Part shown: in pieces, positions 36,239-48,500 of the stretch | How positions within the stretch are numbered: position 1 is the stretch's first letter | How the letters are laid out: each line of letters starts with the position of its first letter | IMG/VR virus record: IMGVR_UViG_3300036795_000108 | Location: 1 to 64,000 of that record | DNA: 64,000 nt | DNA from: a virus | Reading direction: 5' to 3' (one strand) | Notes under the pieces: model-generated | What the model was told of the DNA's origin: nothing | Seen by the model: the letters and a program-made list of their open reading frames with translations, nothing else | The model's database searches: none | Translations under genes and position numbers: made by a program

Positions 36239-39200
36239 TCAGCCCGATCCGACAAGGACCAGCAGCGACACCACGTAGCCCACCGTGCAGGTCACCGAGC
36301 TGCTCGTCGTCAACCGGACCACCATCTGAGGCTCGACCGCGTTGTTGCGCCCAACCGCGTTAGAGATATCCAGCACGCCCGTCGTCAGCACGGTCTGCCC
36401 CGTGTCCTGGCCGTTGACCTCCACCGCGAACGACGTCACCTGATCGGACTTCGACAAGATCGTCAACGTCGCCTGGCGCACCGTCGCGAGATCCACCGGC
36501 AACGGGACCGTCGAATACGCCGGAGCCAGCACCTGGGTGCCCGTACGCTCCACGAGCTGCCCCTGGAACTGCCGGCGGTCGCTCGTGAACTGCCGGATGA
36601 ACCGGCGCATCGCGAACTCGAAGTTGCGTTGGCGATCGCGAAACGACACCGACGTCTGCCCGATCCCGTCCCGATACCAGATGCGGGTCAGCGACATGAG
36701 CTGCCGCGGGGTGATGTCCTTGATGAAGATCTCGGGCATCTGCACCCGCAGACCGTCACCTGGCTGCCAGTCGAACTCCGCCAACTGTTGACTCAACGGC
36801 CATGTGTCCTGCATCGACCGGGGCGCCGACGCGTCCGAGGTGATCTGCTGCCACGCCTCCGAACGAAACTCAAGCAGCGTCTCAAGCTGCAACACGAGCA
36901 GCGACATCTCCGTCGTGGCCGGCAGCGACTCCGACTCCGACAGCACATAGGAGTGCGCTTTGAGGATGTCGAAGTCGAACGCCTCGGCCGTCAACGATCC
37001 CGTGTTACTCCCACCGAGGCCCTGTGCCGATGCGAGATCGGTCATGGCGTTGTCCTCGGCCGTGCTCGTCTCCTGCGGGTTCGCGGCATTCGTCCCATCC
37101 AGGATGTAGTCCGTGTCGCGACCAACCCGCGCCTGCGGGATCACCGCGCCCGGGAAGTAGCCCGACTCCAACGCCATCGGTACCGACTTCCACTGGTAGG
37201 CGAAGCTCTCCCCAATCGTTGACTGCAACGTGTCGAAGTAGGAGTCCTGCGGCGTCACCTGCTGGGTGAAGCACCCGTACGGCGCGAGCGACGTCGATGA
37301 GCAGACATCACCCGAGGAGTCGGTGAACCCGACCGTCGTGGACAGACCCGAGTCCTGGGAATGGTAGATGTACTCGAACACCAGCGGGTACCAGCCGTCG
37401 GTGTCGCCGAGCGCCGTGCGTAGATCCGGCGAGGTCCCCCGGAGCGTCTCGCTCGTATAGTCCCCGATGGTCTCGTGCGCGGCGTTGTAATGGTGGGAGA
37501 TCTGCGCTACTGAAAGCAAATACGGGTATATCGCGACCTCACCGAGGTCCCCGGCGAACGACTGGATCACAGTGGACGGCTCCCCTGTAGCGAACCCAAG
37601 TGACTGTGCCGCTACGTCAACAACGCCGAGCGTCCCGGTCCACGCAAGTGCCCCATCGATATACAGCGACGAGCCGTTAGTTACCCCACTATCGAACCGC
37701 AGGACGACATGATGAAATGTCTCATAGCCCGGAGCGGCACTGGTGTTGTACTGCGTGTTCGTCGCGAAGTCATAGACGCAGAACGTCGTGTCATTGAGGA
37801 ACACGCCCCAGGCGTCCTGCTTCACGACTATGCCCGATAGGTCCCCCGTGTCGGGGAAACCATTGACCGACGCCCAGAACTCGACCGAGCATGTTGTGAA
37901 CGCCGCCTCGGCCGCCGATCCGAGATATGCGTAGGCGTTCGCCGTCTCGCCCGGTGGCGTGTTCCCGAAGCCGATGCAGGTCGCCGTATCACCGGTGATC
38001 GACTCGGTAAGCGACAGGACATGCGTTCCGGAGCCGTTCACCGCCCCGGAGTAGACGGCGTCCTCGACGTTCCCCGCCCTGTCGAACATGCTCGTGCCGC
38101 TCGTCTCGCCCATCTGGAAGTAGCAGTAGGGGTTATCAGCAAGCACCGTCGTGGAATACGCAGGTAGTGTCGCCGAGGAGCAGAGGATCGACTCGCCCAC
38201 CCGGGTCTTGCCGACCCACATCGCCTGCGAAACGTTCAACGCCGCGAGTTTCAACACTACAGGCGAACCGCTACTGAGGTTCAGGTAGATGGCGCCCGTC
38301 CATCGCACATACGCTGACAGCGCGTTGCCGAGCGCGTTCGGCAGCCAGCCGGGAGCGCCCGCTGCCGCCGTCGCCGTGTTCGTCCCCGGCGGACTTGCCG
38401 ACGTGGTGCTGGAAACGTTCCTGTCCGTGAAGGTCGCAGACGGCTGATCCGTCAGGTACTTCTCAGATCCCGACGTCGTGCTGCGATAGATCTTGTATCC
38501 GATCGCGCCGCTGACCGCACCCCACGTCAGAGTCGGGATGAAGTTGCCCGTCGTGTTCGCCGTCGGCGCGGGACTGCTCGTGATCTGCTCGCCGTAGCCG
38601 CCGATCTCCACCGACGTCTGGGACGCGAAGACCGAATCGCAGAGGTAGTACGGGTTGGTCGGCGAGTCATAGGCTAGATAGATGTTGTACCCCACAGCAC
38701 CTGGCACCGCCGACCAGCTCAACAGCACTACGGTATTCGCGATGTTGTTCGAGCCCTCGGCGTTGCTGACCGTCGTTTCGCCGCCGCCGGCGACATAGGC
38801 CGTGACGACCCAGAAGCACAGTCGCGACGAACCCGTGTTCCCTGCCGCGGGATAGCTCACCACGGCCTGGGTCGGTGCAGAAAGCGGACCCGGTGACGCG
38901 ACCTCGACCTCCGTTGACGCCGTCGTCTCACCGTTGCTGTTGAAAGCGGTCAGCTTGTAGTAGACCGTCTCGCCGTCCGTGAAGCCAGACCCATAGTTCG
39001 AGGAACTGATCGATATGCCACTCGGCACCGGCAGCGTCCCCGCAGCGGAATCGAATAGAAGCCCCGTATCGACGCGCACCGCTGACGGGTTCAAGGTCGG
39101 CGGCACCGCACCGTACTGCCCCGACGCAACGCCCGTGTCCGGCGTCCCGACCGAAGCGAGTGACGTGTCGTAATACTCGCCCTGAAGCCCACCGCTTGAC

Positions 39201-40465
39201 GGTGGCGACGGCAGGAAGTAATCCCCCGACTGGCCACCGTTCAACGGCGGGGTCGTGCGGCGCACCACGATGTAGTCGACGCTCACCGAATCGCCCGGCG
39301 AACCGCCGACGTAGACGAACGGACGCGCGTCGTGATGCGTCGTCGGGAACGACACGCGCGGCGATACCGCTATGAGCTGCCCGTCGAGGTAGTAGTAGAC
39401 CCATCGTTCGCGCGCCTCGATCGCCAACGTGTACGGCGGCGCGAACTGGTTGGCCGCATCAAGCAGCGCCGTCGCGTTCGCCGGCCACGACCGCCACAGG
39501 GCGAGTGACGGATCAATCGCGCCCGGATCGATCGTGACCGCATAGACATCGCCCGTCTCGGGCACAAGCTGGATCGTGTAGACGCCGAGGCCCGCGTTCG
39601 CGAGCGTCCCAGGGATCGCCGAGGTCGCGTCACCCACACCGAAACAGACGGTCGGGGCCGCGGCTAGGAAGCTCGCCGCGGAGATCGAGCACTCCATCCT
39701 CCAGCATGAGTGATCGGCCATGCCCGCATCCGTCAACGGCCAGCTCGACGTGCTCCCATCGTAGGCGTACAGGTAGGCGCCGGTCGCGCCGGTCGGGATC
39801 GTCAGCACCACGTTGCTGTTGCCGTCCAGCGCCGCGCCGCCATACCACGCCCACGCACCATCCGACGTCGAATAGACGCCCGAACCCAGGTACGGCTGGT
39901 GCGCCCACGGCGCCGAATCATCAAAGTCGTCGGAGACGATCCCCTGCCAAGCCCGGGTGTAGAACTCGAACACGTCGCGTGGCGCGTGATTCCAGAAACC
40001 GCTCGCCGTCTCGCGCGTCTTCTTGAAGATCTCCGTCACATCCCGGCAGACGATCGACAGGGCGTCCTGGGTCGTCGTCTCCGACACCGGGGTGCCCGTC
40101 TGCACCAGTTCGTTCTGCCCGCGGATCACCTCGATGTACTCATCGCCCGGCATGTAGCCGAAGACCTGACCGCTGCCATCCGGATCCGGCGTGTCGGAGT
40201 AGTAGTAGAGCCGGTCGACGTTGTTACGGCCGTCCGAACCGACCGGTGGAAGCTGGACGGTCATCTCGGAGCTGTCGTTCAGGACCGGGTCCTGCTCGAC
40301 CTGCTGGAAGCCGCCCGTGCCGTTCAGACCCTTGCTTGCCGACGTGATCCACGAATAGCCGAAGATCGGATCGACATACGCCCCCGGCGTCCCCGCAGGC
40401 ACCATCTGAACGAGACGCAACCGGACCCTCTCCGGGAACTGAAGCGCGGACTTGCGGTTCGCCAT
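36239..40465 (-). CDS. Minor tail protein with FN3-like and LamG/concanavalin-like domains
   Basis: YYKLTAFNSNGET, LSWSAVPGAVGYNIY; VLADNPYCYFQMGE...SVEFW...HHVV...LYIDG...GEVAIY. Confidence 0.85.
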   Translation of the reverse strand: MANRKSALQFPERVRLRLVQMVPAGTPGAYVDPIFGYSWITSASKGLNGTGGFQQVEQDPVLNDSSEMTVQLPPVGSDGRNNVDRLYYYSDTPDPDGSGQVFGYMPGDEYIEVIRGQNELVQTGTPVSETTTQDALSIVCRDVTEIFKKTRETASGFWNHAPRDVFEFYTRAWQGIVSDDFDDSAPWAHQPYLGSGVYSTSDGAWAWYGGAALDGNSNVVLTIPTGATGAYLYAYDGSTSSWPLTDAGMADHSCWRMECSISAASFLAAAPTVCFGVGDATSAIPGTLANAGLGVYTIQLVPETGDVYAVTIDPGAIDPSLALWRSWPANATALLDAANQFAPPYTLAIEARERWVYYYLDGQLIAVSPRVSFPTTHHDARPFVYVGGSPGDSVSVDYIVVRRTTPPLNGGQSGDYFLPSPPSSGGLQGEYYDTSLASVGTPDTGVASGQYGAVPPTLNPSAVRVDTGLLFDSAAGTLPVPSGISISSSNYGSGFTDGETVYYKLTAFNSNGETTASTEVEVASPGPLSAPTQAVVSYPAAGNTGSSRLCFWVVTAYVAGGGETTVSNAEGSNNIANTVVLLSWSAVPGAVGYNIYLAYDSPTNPYYLCDSVFASQTSVEIGGYGEQITSSPAPTANTTGNFIPTLTWGAVSGAIGYKIYRSTTSGSEKYLTDQPSATFTDRNVSSTTSASPPGTNTATAAAGAPGWLPNALGNALSAYVRWTGAIYLNLSSGSPVVLKLAALNVSQAMWVGKTRVGESILCSSATLPAYSTTVLADNPYCYFQMGETSGTSMFDRAGNVEDAVYSGAVNGSGTHVLSLTESITGDTATCIGFGNTPPGETANAYAYLGSAAEAAFTTCSVEFWASVNGFPDTGDLSGIVVKQDAWGVFLNDTTFCVYDFATNTQYNTSAAPGYETFHHVVLRFDSGVTNGSSLYIDGALAWTGTLGVVDVAAQSLGFATGEPSTVIQSFAGDLGEVAIYPYLLSVAQISHHYNAAHETIGDYTSETLRGTSPDLRTALGDTDGWYPLVFEYIYHSQDSGLSTTVGFTDSSGDVCSSTSLAPYGCFTQQVTPQDSYFDTLQSTIGESFAYQWKSVPMALESGYFPGAVIPQARVGRDTDYILDGTNAANPQETSTAEDNAMTDLASAQGLGGSNTGSLTAEAFDFDILKAHSYVLSESESLPATTEMSLLVLQLETLLEFRSEAWQQITSDASAPRSMQDTWPLSQQLAEFDWQPGDGLRVQMPEIFIKDITPRQLMSLTRIWYRDGIGQTSVSFRDRQRNFEFAMRRFIRQFTSDRRQFQGQLVERTGTQVLAPAYSTVPLPVDLATVRQATLTILSKSDQVTSFAVEVNGQDTGQTVLTTGVLDISNAVGRNNAVEPQMVVRLTTSSSVTCTVGYVVSLLVLVGSG

Positions 40466-42546
40466 CAGCCCCGAGTGACCTTCCGGATCTCCACGCGCTG
40501 ATCCAGCAGCGCAACGGACCCAACGTCACGGGAGCCCTGATGCCCCACGTAGTCGCGGACCAGCGCAGCCTCGATCCGGTCGATCTGGATGTTGCCCGAC
40601 CCGGCCGAACGGTACCCCGTCACCGTCAACGTCGGGTTGACAGCCGAGGCGGTGACCTCGCCAAGATCGATCCAGGTCCATGCCGTTGCCGTGCTCGTCA
40701 GAATGCTCGACGCGTTCGTGCCGAGATGCCACAGAAACGAGCCGGTCGCGCCCGAGGTGCCGACCTTCACACGCGCGGCCAGCCGGTACGTTCTCTGCGC
40801 GAGGAAAGTCGTCGCCTGGGTCAGCGTGACGTTCGTCGCAGCTGTCTGCGTGTCGGAAACCGCGAACCCGTTGGATGCGGTCGCGTCCGTCGTCTGGGCC
40901 GTCGTCCCCGACGCGTTACGGATCGACTCGGCCTCCGCGACCTGCCCCGTCTGCAGCAGCGCGAAGTTCAAATGCGCGCTGAGATAGTCCGCCGGGTTAT
41001 TGGTGCTGGCGGTCGCCTCGATGAGGATCTCGTTTCCGGCCGAGGCGTAGAGCGGATATGCCTGCGACACGGCCGTGTAGGCGTTCGTCAGGACCGCGAG
41101 GTTGAGCTGATGGGTTCCGCCCTGCGGGATGACCGCCAGCCAGTTCTCGCCCGGGAAGTAGCCCGTCGCGCCGAGCACGGTGCCCGTCACAAACGGAGAG
41201 GTGCTCGACCCCGACGCGCTCGACAGGAACGCCACGCCGCCCGTCGTGGAGGTGCCCTCGTTCTTCATGGCGCTGGTGTTCGTCGCGCCGGCGGCCATCT
41301 GGACGATCAGCCACGTAGCACTCGTCGCGTTGGAGTACACCTCGAAGCGTGGCCCCAGCCAGCCGCGCTGCAAGGTGATGTAAACCCGGTCGCGTGTCCC
41401 GGTCGCCGGGATTCCCAGCACCACTTGGATGACCGCCCGGTCCGGCGTGTACTCCGCGACCGTCGCTGAGATCAACGTCGTATCGGCACCCGCCGCCAGC
41501 GTGTTGCGCACACCCACCTTGCACTGCTCTACGTACGCGGAGGTCGCTGCGTCCCACGCATCCACGATCAGCCCGGCAGCCGCGGTCCCCGACGTGTCAT
41601 AGCGGACTCGGCACACGCCGTTTGCGATCACCGGAGCGTCCATCGCCTGACCCGCCGTCAGCCAGTTATAGGGGTAGTCCGAGCCGTAGATCTCCTCCCA
41701 GCCATAGGAGGTCTGAAGCGCACTCGTCCCCGGGAACGGCGCCACGTCATACGCGCCGCCCGTGCCGAACGGCCCGAACTGCCCGCGGCGATCCCAGATC
41801 ACCACATCCCCAAGGTTGAAGTTCGCCTCCGCGCGCTCCCAGCTCACAACATCGCCGTTGACGACGTTAGCCGAGCCGCTGCCGAACGGCTGACCGTAGC
41901 TCGACCGTGCGTTGCCGATCGGGATCAACCCATCCGCGCTCGGCCGCGGCGTCACGCTCACTGACATCGGCACATCCAGTATCGACGGGTCCGTCGCGCC
42001 AACCGGCAGGGCGATCAGCGGGACGGCCGTCAAGCCGGCGAACAGCGCAGCCGTGTTGACCTGCTGGCCGAGATAGTCAATCGGGGAGGTCGTCAACCGC
42101 AGGTCGGTGATATCGATCCGATAGGCGTCACGGTGCGTGTTGAGCGCCGCGACCCGGTAGGCGCTATCCAGGGTCAACGTGAACTCCCCCAGTGTCGGAC
42201 CGCCGTCAGCATCCGCCAACGTGCCGGTACCGATCACCATCCACCCGTTGCGCTCCGGATCGAAGATGAACCGGACGTAGAGCCCGTTCAGCCGGTAGGT
42301 CGCGTTCTGCATCATCGACCGCATCTGCCGGCGCATCCTCATCCCCGTCGTGTACGGGTTCGCGTCACCCGTCGTCCCGTGGATCGGGAACGTCAGCGTG
42401 AAGCCCTTCACTTTGCGCATCCCGACAGCGGTCGAATCGCCCGTCGTCGTAACATCCGAGCCGAGCGCCTCCGAGATGTTTGTCTCCACGGTCGGCAGCC
42501 CGAGCCGACCAATCCAAAGGTCACGTATGGGTGTGTACGGACTCAT
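40465..42546 (-). CDS. Minor tail (distal tail-like) protein
   Basis: Immediately follows tape measure; beta-rich, carbohydrate-binding-like C-terminus. Confidence 0.7.
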   Translation of the reverse strand: MSPYTPIRDLWIGRLGLPTVETNISEALGSDVTTTGDSTAVGMRKVKGFTLTFPIHGTTGDANPYTTGMRMRRQMRSMMQNATYRLNGLYVRFIFDPERNGWMVIGTGTLADADGGPTLGEFTLTLDSAYRVAALNTHRDAYRIDITDLRLTTSPIDYLGQQVNTAALFAGLTAVPLIALPVGATDPSILDVPMSVSVTPRPSADGLIPIGNARSSYGQPFGSGSANVVNGDVVSWERAEANFNLGDVVIWDRRGQFGPFGTGGAYDVAPFPGTSALQTSYGWEEIYGSDYPYNWLTAGQAMDAPVIANGVCRVRYDTSGTAAAGLIVDAWDAATSAYVEQCKVGVRNTLAAGADTTLISATVAEYTPDRAVIQVVLGIPATGTRDRVYITLQRGWLGPRFEVYSNATSATWLIVQMAAGATNTSAMKNEGTSTTGGVAFLSSASGSSTSPFVTGTVLGATGYFPGENWLAVIPQGGTHQLNLAVLTNAYTAVSQAYPLYASAGNEILIEATASTNNPADYLSAHLNFALLQTGQVAEAESIRNASGTTAQTTDATASNGFAVSDTQTAATNVTLTQATTFLAQRTYRLAARVKVGTSGATGSFLWHLGTNASSILTSTATAWTWIDLGEVTASAVNPTLTVTGYRSAGSGNIQIDRIEAALVRDYVGHQGSRDVGSVALLDQRVEIRKVTRG

Positions 42547-45500
42547 GTGCCGTTCAAGAGCCCGGCGAGATCGGTGTACGTGTCACTCTCGAAGCTCACA
42601 CCCAACTGTCCTGAGAGTGCCGAAGTGTTCTCTGCGGTGCTCTGCGTATTCGCCTGGATCGCCTGCTGGGCGTCAAGCTGAGCGGAAAGGATATCGTTTT
42701 GCTGCCCTCCGATCGCCTCCGCGATCTGCGTCGCGAGATCGGTGTCGCCGACGGACTCCGCGGCCTTCTGCTGGTTTTGCAATGCGACAAGCTGGGCCTG
42801 TAGCGCCGGGATGACCGTCTGATTGATGTAGTCCGCGTACTGCGCCTCCGCGCCCGGGGTGTTCTGCGTATTCGCGAGCTGCTGCTGCAGTTGGATCGTC
42901 TGCTCGCCGGTGGCCGCCATCGTCGAAGCGTGCGTCGCCGCGTCCAATGCCGTCTGGGCCTGGCCCTCCACGCCGGTGCGGATCGCCTGCAGAGCCTCAA
43001 GAGAATCCTGCTGGTAGGTCCCCTGCGCGCCCTGGATCGACTCTGCGATCTGATCCGCGAGGGTTTGATCGCCGACCGATAGGGCCGCCTGCTGCTGGGA
43101 CTGCAACGCCGAGATGAGCCCCGCCTGCTGGCTCGCTTGGTTCTGATAGCTCGCGGCGAGCTGCTGCCCACCCGCGACCGTCTGCGTGAGATCCTGAGCG
43201 CCGCCGAGGCCCTGTAGCTGCTGCTGAAGGTTGCTCGTCGCCCCCGACGCCATGTTCACGCCGTGCTGCGCCATGTCGGTCAACGCCTGGGCCTGACCCT
43301 CGACCCCGGCCTTGATCGCCTCCGTCGCGCTGAGCAACGCCTGCTGATAGTCGCCTTGGGCTGACTGGATCGACTCCGCGATCTGCTGCGCCAACGGCTG
43401 ATCTCCGACCTTCTGAGCGGTCGCCTCCTGGCTGGTCAGGGCTGCGATCTGTCCTTGGATCGCGCCGGCCTGCTGCTGGTAGCTGGCCGCCAGCGCCTGC
43501 CCGCCCGCGACCGTCTGATCCGCCGTCGTGCGCCCACCCAGCGCTGCGGTGCCCTGCAACTGGGTTTGGAGCATCGACGTGGCGCCGGCCGCCATCGTCG
43601 CACCGTGCGTCGCGGTGTCCGCGGCCTGCTGAGCGGCTGTCTCAAGCGCCGTGACTCTCGCCTGCGCCGCGTTGCCCAACGCCGTGTCGAGGCCCTGCAT
43701 CGCCGTCTGAAGCTGGCCCTTGAGTTCCTTCGCGCTGCTCTTGTCACCCGCCTTCACCGCGGCCTTATACGCCGTCTCGAGCTTCGAGACGACATCCCGC
43801 ATCGTCTTCACCGACGCGTCGGCGTACCCCTCCAGCATCTTGGTGCCCTTCGCGGACTCCGCCGAGATGTCCTTGCGGTTCATCAGGTTCGTCAACGCCG
43901 TCTGGCCGTTCTGGACCGCCTGGGTCTCGTTCTGCGCCGCCATGACGATCGCGCCGACCCGGGCGCCCATCGCCGCGCTGGTGAGCTTCAGCGCCTGCTG
44001 GAGCCGGTCGACCTCCTGCTTATCCGACGCGGACTCCTTGCCCTTCTGCAACAGCGTGATCTCGCTCTGGATCTGCTGGCGAGTCGCGAGCAGCCGCCCG
44101 TAGCTGATCGTGCCCGCACTGTTCAGCGCCGCCGACAGGCTCGTCATCGCCTTCGCGATGTTCCGGTTCTTCCCGCCGGCCGCGAGTCCCTTCAGCGCTG
44201 TCTGGACCTGCTCGGTCGTCTGAGCGACCGCCTGCCTGGTCGCGTTGATCCCCAACGTGACGATCGTCGTCTCCATCGACTGCACGACCGCCGCGAGGCT
44301 CTGAGTGCCGCTCGTGGATGTCGGCATCTGGAAGTTCGCTGGGGTGATCGCGAACTGCGAGCGCTGCTGCTTGGGGAGCCCGGTCAGATAACGGTTGCCC
44401 GAGAGCAGGCCCGTCCCGGATGTGCGCCTGACCGGACCGCCCGTCCGGTAGCCCATCGCCCGCAGTTTCGGTGAACTCGGCTCGCGATAGCCCGGCTGGC
44501 CCTTCCCCCACGAACCCGTATCCCACTGCGTCTGACCGTTCGCCATCCGCGTGCCCGCCGCCACAAAGCCACCGCCGCGGAACCCCGCCGGGTGACGCCT
44601 GATCGGGAAGCTCTCTGACCAGTTTGAGTCAAAGTGCGGGCCCTTGCCCGGGTAGGACGACTCCATGTACTTCTGGAAGAAGTGCATCATCGTGTGAGCA
44701 GCCTGGCCCTGATAGCCCGCGGGGCGCGTGCCGACCGTGATGTACTTGCCATCGCCGGGCACCCCGTAGGTCGCTGTCTGGCTGGTCGTCCACGGCGACG
44801 CGACCGGCGGCAGGACACCCCGGCCCCCCACGTTGATCAGGTCGCTGACCGTCGCCGAACAGTCCAACGCTCGCGACGCGGCGTTCGGCGGACGACCGTC
44901 CGCAGATCCCCCCGCCTTCACATACGGCAGGCCGTTGATCCGGTTCGCCTCCCGGTACATGCTTGCCCGCAACGCCCCCAACTTCGACGCCGCCGGAGTG
45001 CTGCCGCGCACGCCCACCCCCACGCCACCCGAACGCGCGTTCTCGCTGATCGTTTTCGTAACCGTCTCGAGCTGCGCGCCCTGGATCGCCTCGCGTAGAA
45101 GCTGCCCGGTCGACAGGCCCGACCCGGCGATCGCATAGTCCATCGCCTGCTGAAACGCATCCCCGCTGATCCCCGGACCGCGCGGCACCTGATGCGACAC
45201 CGTGCGCTCGCCGCTGCCACCCGACTTCGACGCGACCTGCACCGCACCCGCCGAATAGCCGATCGCGCGCGCTAACGCCGGATGCAACCCCACCTTCACC
45301 GACTTATTGCCCTTCACGCCCGAGCCGATATCGGACTTATAGCCCTCCGCGTAGTGCGTGCCGCCGCCCGGCTTGCGGAAGTACAGATCCGAGCCGTAGC
45401 GCATCCCCGTCTGTGTCGCCGACACGCCCAGCACGCCCGACAGGTCCGGCCGCAAGCCCTTGTTCGCGCCCGCCTCCAGGTACTCCGAGAACGACATGCC

Positions 45501-48500
45501 CGCGTGGTAGTTCGCGGCGCCGCCCGCCTGCGCAGCCAAACCATGCTGGTCGATCGCCGCGCCGACCGACAGCCACGTCAGACCACTGATCGAACGCCGC
45601 GCCTCCTGACGCTTGGTCTTGGCCTTGCGTGCCGCCTCGTCATGCTTGGTCTTCGAGGTCTTCCCGGCCTCGTAGTTGGCCTCCTGCGCCTTGTACGCCT
45701 GATAGCTGACCACCGGGTATGTCCTGCCGTTGAACGTGTAGGACTTCGCGCCCTGATAGCCCGGGCCCCAGTACATCTCATAGGTCGACGTCGACCCGGG
45801 GATCAGCACCGGCCCTTCCAAACCCGTCGGCTTGCTAGACGCCGACGACGAGGATGTCTTGTCATGGTGGGTGTAGCTCTGCTGCGCCTGCTTGACACCC
45901 GTGATCGCGTCCCCAAGAGCACCGCCGTTCTGGAAACGCCGGATGAAGCCACCCCCGCGGTAGCCCTGCGCAAACGCGGCCTCTGCGCCCGCCACCCGGT
46001 TCGCCGCCGCTGGGATCCCCGGCTTCTCGAAGTTGTTCATCAACCACAACGCCGCCGCGCTCGGGGTCCGCTGACTGTTCATCTCCGACACGCCCACACG
46101 GCCGATGTCCGCCGTCAGCAGCGACGCCTGCGTCGGGATCGCCTGCCACGGAACGTGATGCTGCTGCGCATAGCTGAACAGCTTCGAGCCCGGCGTCCAC
46201 TGCCACAAGCCGGCCGCCCCGCCGCCACTGATCGCCGGATGAAGCGAAGACTCCTGCACCGCATTGCCGATCGCGCCCGCAATCGCGACCTTGTCCCACC
46301 CACCGGCATGCAAGGACTGGGCGATCTGATCCGACACCGGACCCTTGACCGACACGCCTAGGATCGACGCGCCCGCCTTGCCGTTCCGCATCCCCTCGAG
46401 CTGCGCGATCATCCGGTTCGCGGCCTTCGTCTCGGTATTCAACGCCGCCTGCCCCTCGCGCACAATCGTCCCGCTCGCCTCGATCACCGGCGCCTTGATC
46501 CTGTCCACAAACCCACCGTCGGCGAAGTGCGGCATCTGCTGGGAGGCGATCGCGCCGAGCAGCCCCGGCGCGGCGTGCTCCATCATCTGCTGGCCGTGCC
46601 CGGTCATGACGAACTCGTTACCGGCCGCGAGAATCGGTGTGCTGTCGCTATACGGGTCGCCCGGCACCCAGCCACCGAAGTTCTTCGCGATCCCACGGAT
46701 CGTCGCCTTGTTCTGCCCGCCCCCCGTAGCGACCGTCGGCTGGCCGATCAGCTTCGTAGAGCCGAACGCCTTCAGCGTCGCATTCAACTCCTGGGTGAGC
46801 AGCTTGTTGCCCTGCTGAACGGAGATGACGCCCGAACTCATCGCCTTGCTGACATTCGCGGCATACTGCGACCAGTTCTGGTTGGCGTCCTGCATCGCCG
46901 AGAGACTGCCGCTCTGGATCGCCTTGGTCTGTGACTGCTGCTGGCTCGTCACAGCCGTCGTCATCTGCTGGAAGTAGTTCTGGGTCAGCGTCTGAAGCTG
47001 GCCGTACTGGGTAGACGCGATCTGCTTTTGCTTGGCGGTGCCATCCGACATCACGTCCTTGAGCTGGCTCATCGCCGCGCTGAGGTCACTCACCATGCCG
47101 CCGCCCGTCTTCTTGGCGATCACGCGGATCGACGGGAACTCCGTCTCCAGGTTCCCGACGGCGGTGCCCAGGTTCTTCTGGGCCGACTGCAATCTGAACG
47201 AGGACGCGAGATCGCTCGCCGTGTCCTCCCCCTGCTTGCGCAGATAGTTGTGCAGGCCCGGGAACTGCTTCTCCATCGAAGCGATCATGCTCGACACCGC
47301 GCCCGCCGGGAGCTTGCCCTTGGCCTCCAAGCCGGCCGAGAGTTGCAGCATCGCCTGGCCCGCAGCGTCGCGCAGTGACGGCGCCGAGTTGTTGAACTGC
47401 GCGACCCAGTCCGTGACCATGCCCTTCGCGTCGGGCAACTGGATCTGAGAGAGCTGCTGCGTGAACTTCGACACGTCCGCGCCCTGCAGATCACCCGCCG
47501 CCTTGCTCGCCGCCGAAGACATCGCCTGCAGTTGCCCGATCTGCTTCGAGAAGTCCGGGCCCTTCTCCGTAACCGCACCGAAACGACCCATGACCGTCGT
47601 CGTCGTCTGGCCCATCTTGGTGAAATGCGACGCGACGTCGTCAGCCTGCTTGCTGAGCTTCTGCAACGCCGCGACATTCCCCGAACTGGCGGCCTGCTTG
47701 ATCTGGTTCTGAAGACCCGCGACCTGCTTGTCCTGCGCGGACGGCTGGTTCAACAGCGACTCGATTCCCTTCGCCGCCGCACCCACGCCGGCGCCGACCG
47801 CCGCCCCGACGCCCGTGCCGAGCACCGGCACGACCGAGCCGATACCAGCACCAATGCCGGCGCCCGTCCCGATCGCCTTGCCCCAGCTCTTGCCCTGCTG
47901 GCCGAACAGACCGCCAACCGCTCCACCCCCCATGTTGCCGAGCAGACCACCCACGCCCGCCGCCATCCCACCGGAGAGCAATGTCGTGCCCATCGACGCG
48001 GCGCCCTCCGCGCCGAACAACGCGCCCAGCAGACCATCCGAGGACGCCGCGGTCTGCGTGCTGCGCGCCAACGTATCCGCGTCCGTCGCGTCGCCCATCA
48101 CCCCAGCCGTCCCAGCCTCCAGATTCGATGCGGTCTTCGCAGCCGCGCTCTCCCCAGAAAGACGCAGCCGGGGGGGCCCACCCCCCAATGCCGCCGCGTC
48201 GCCCTCAGCGCCCGCTACGGCGCCCTCAGCGCCACTTGCGCCCTCCACCGCGTCAAGGCGGCCGTACTGGTCGATCAGCTTGTTCAGCGCCGCGGTCTGC
48301 GCCTCGATCTGAGTGGTCTGCAACTTCATGGCGTCCGCCGCCTTCTCAGACTCCGACGGCTGCTCGGTAAACAGCTTGTTCACCGACGCCAACGGCGTCC
48401 TCAGACCCTTTAGCGCCTCCTGGATCACCACCCAGTCGGACTTGGCGCCACGCACCGCACTACCGATCCCACGCAGCGTCTTGGAGAGCAGGATCAGCCC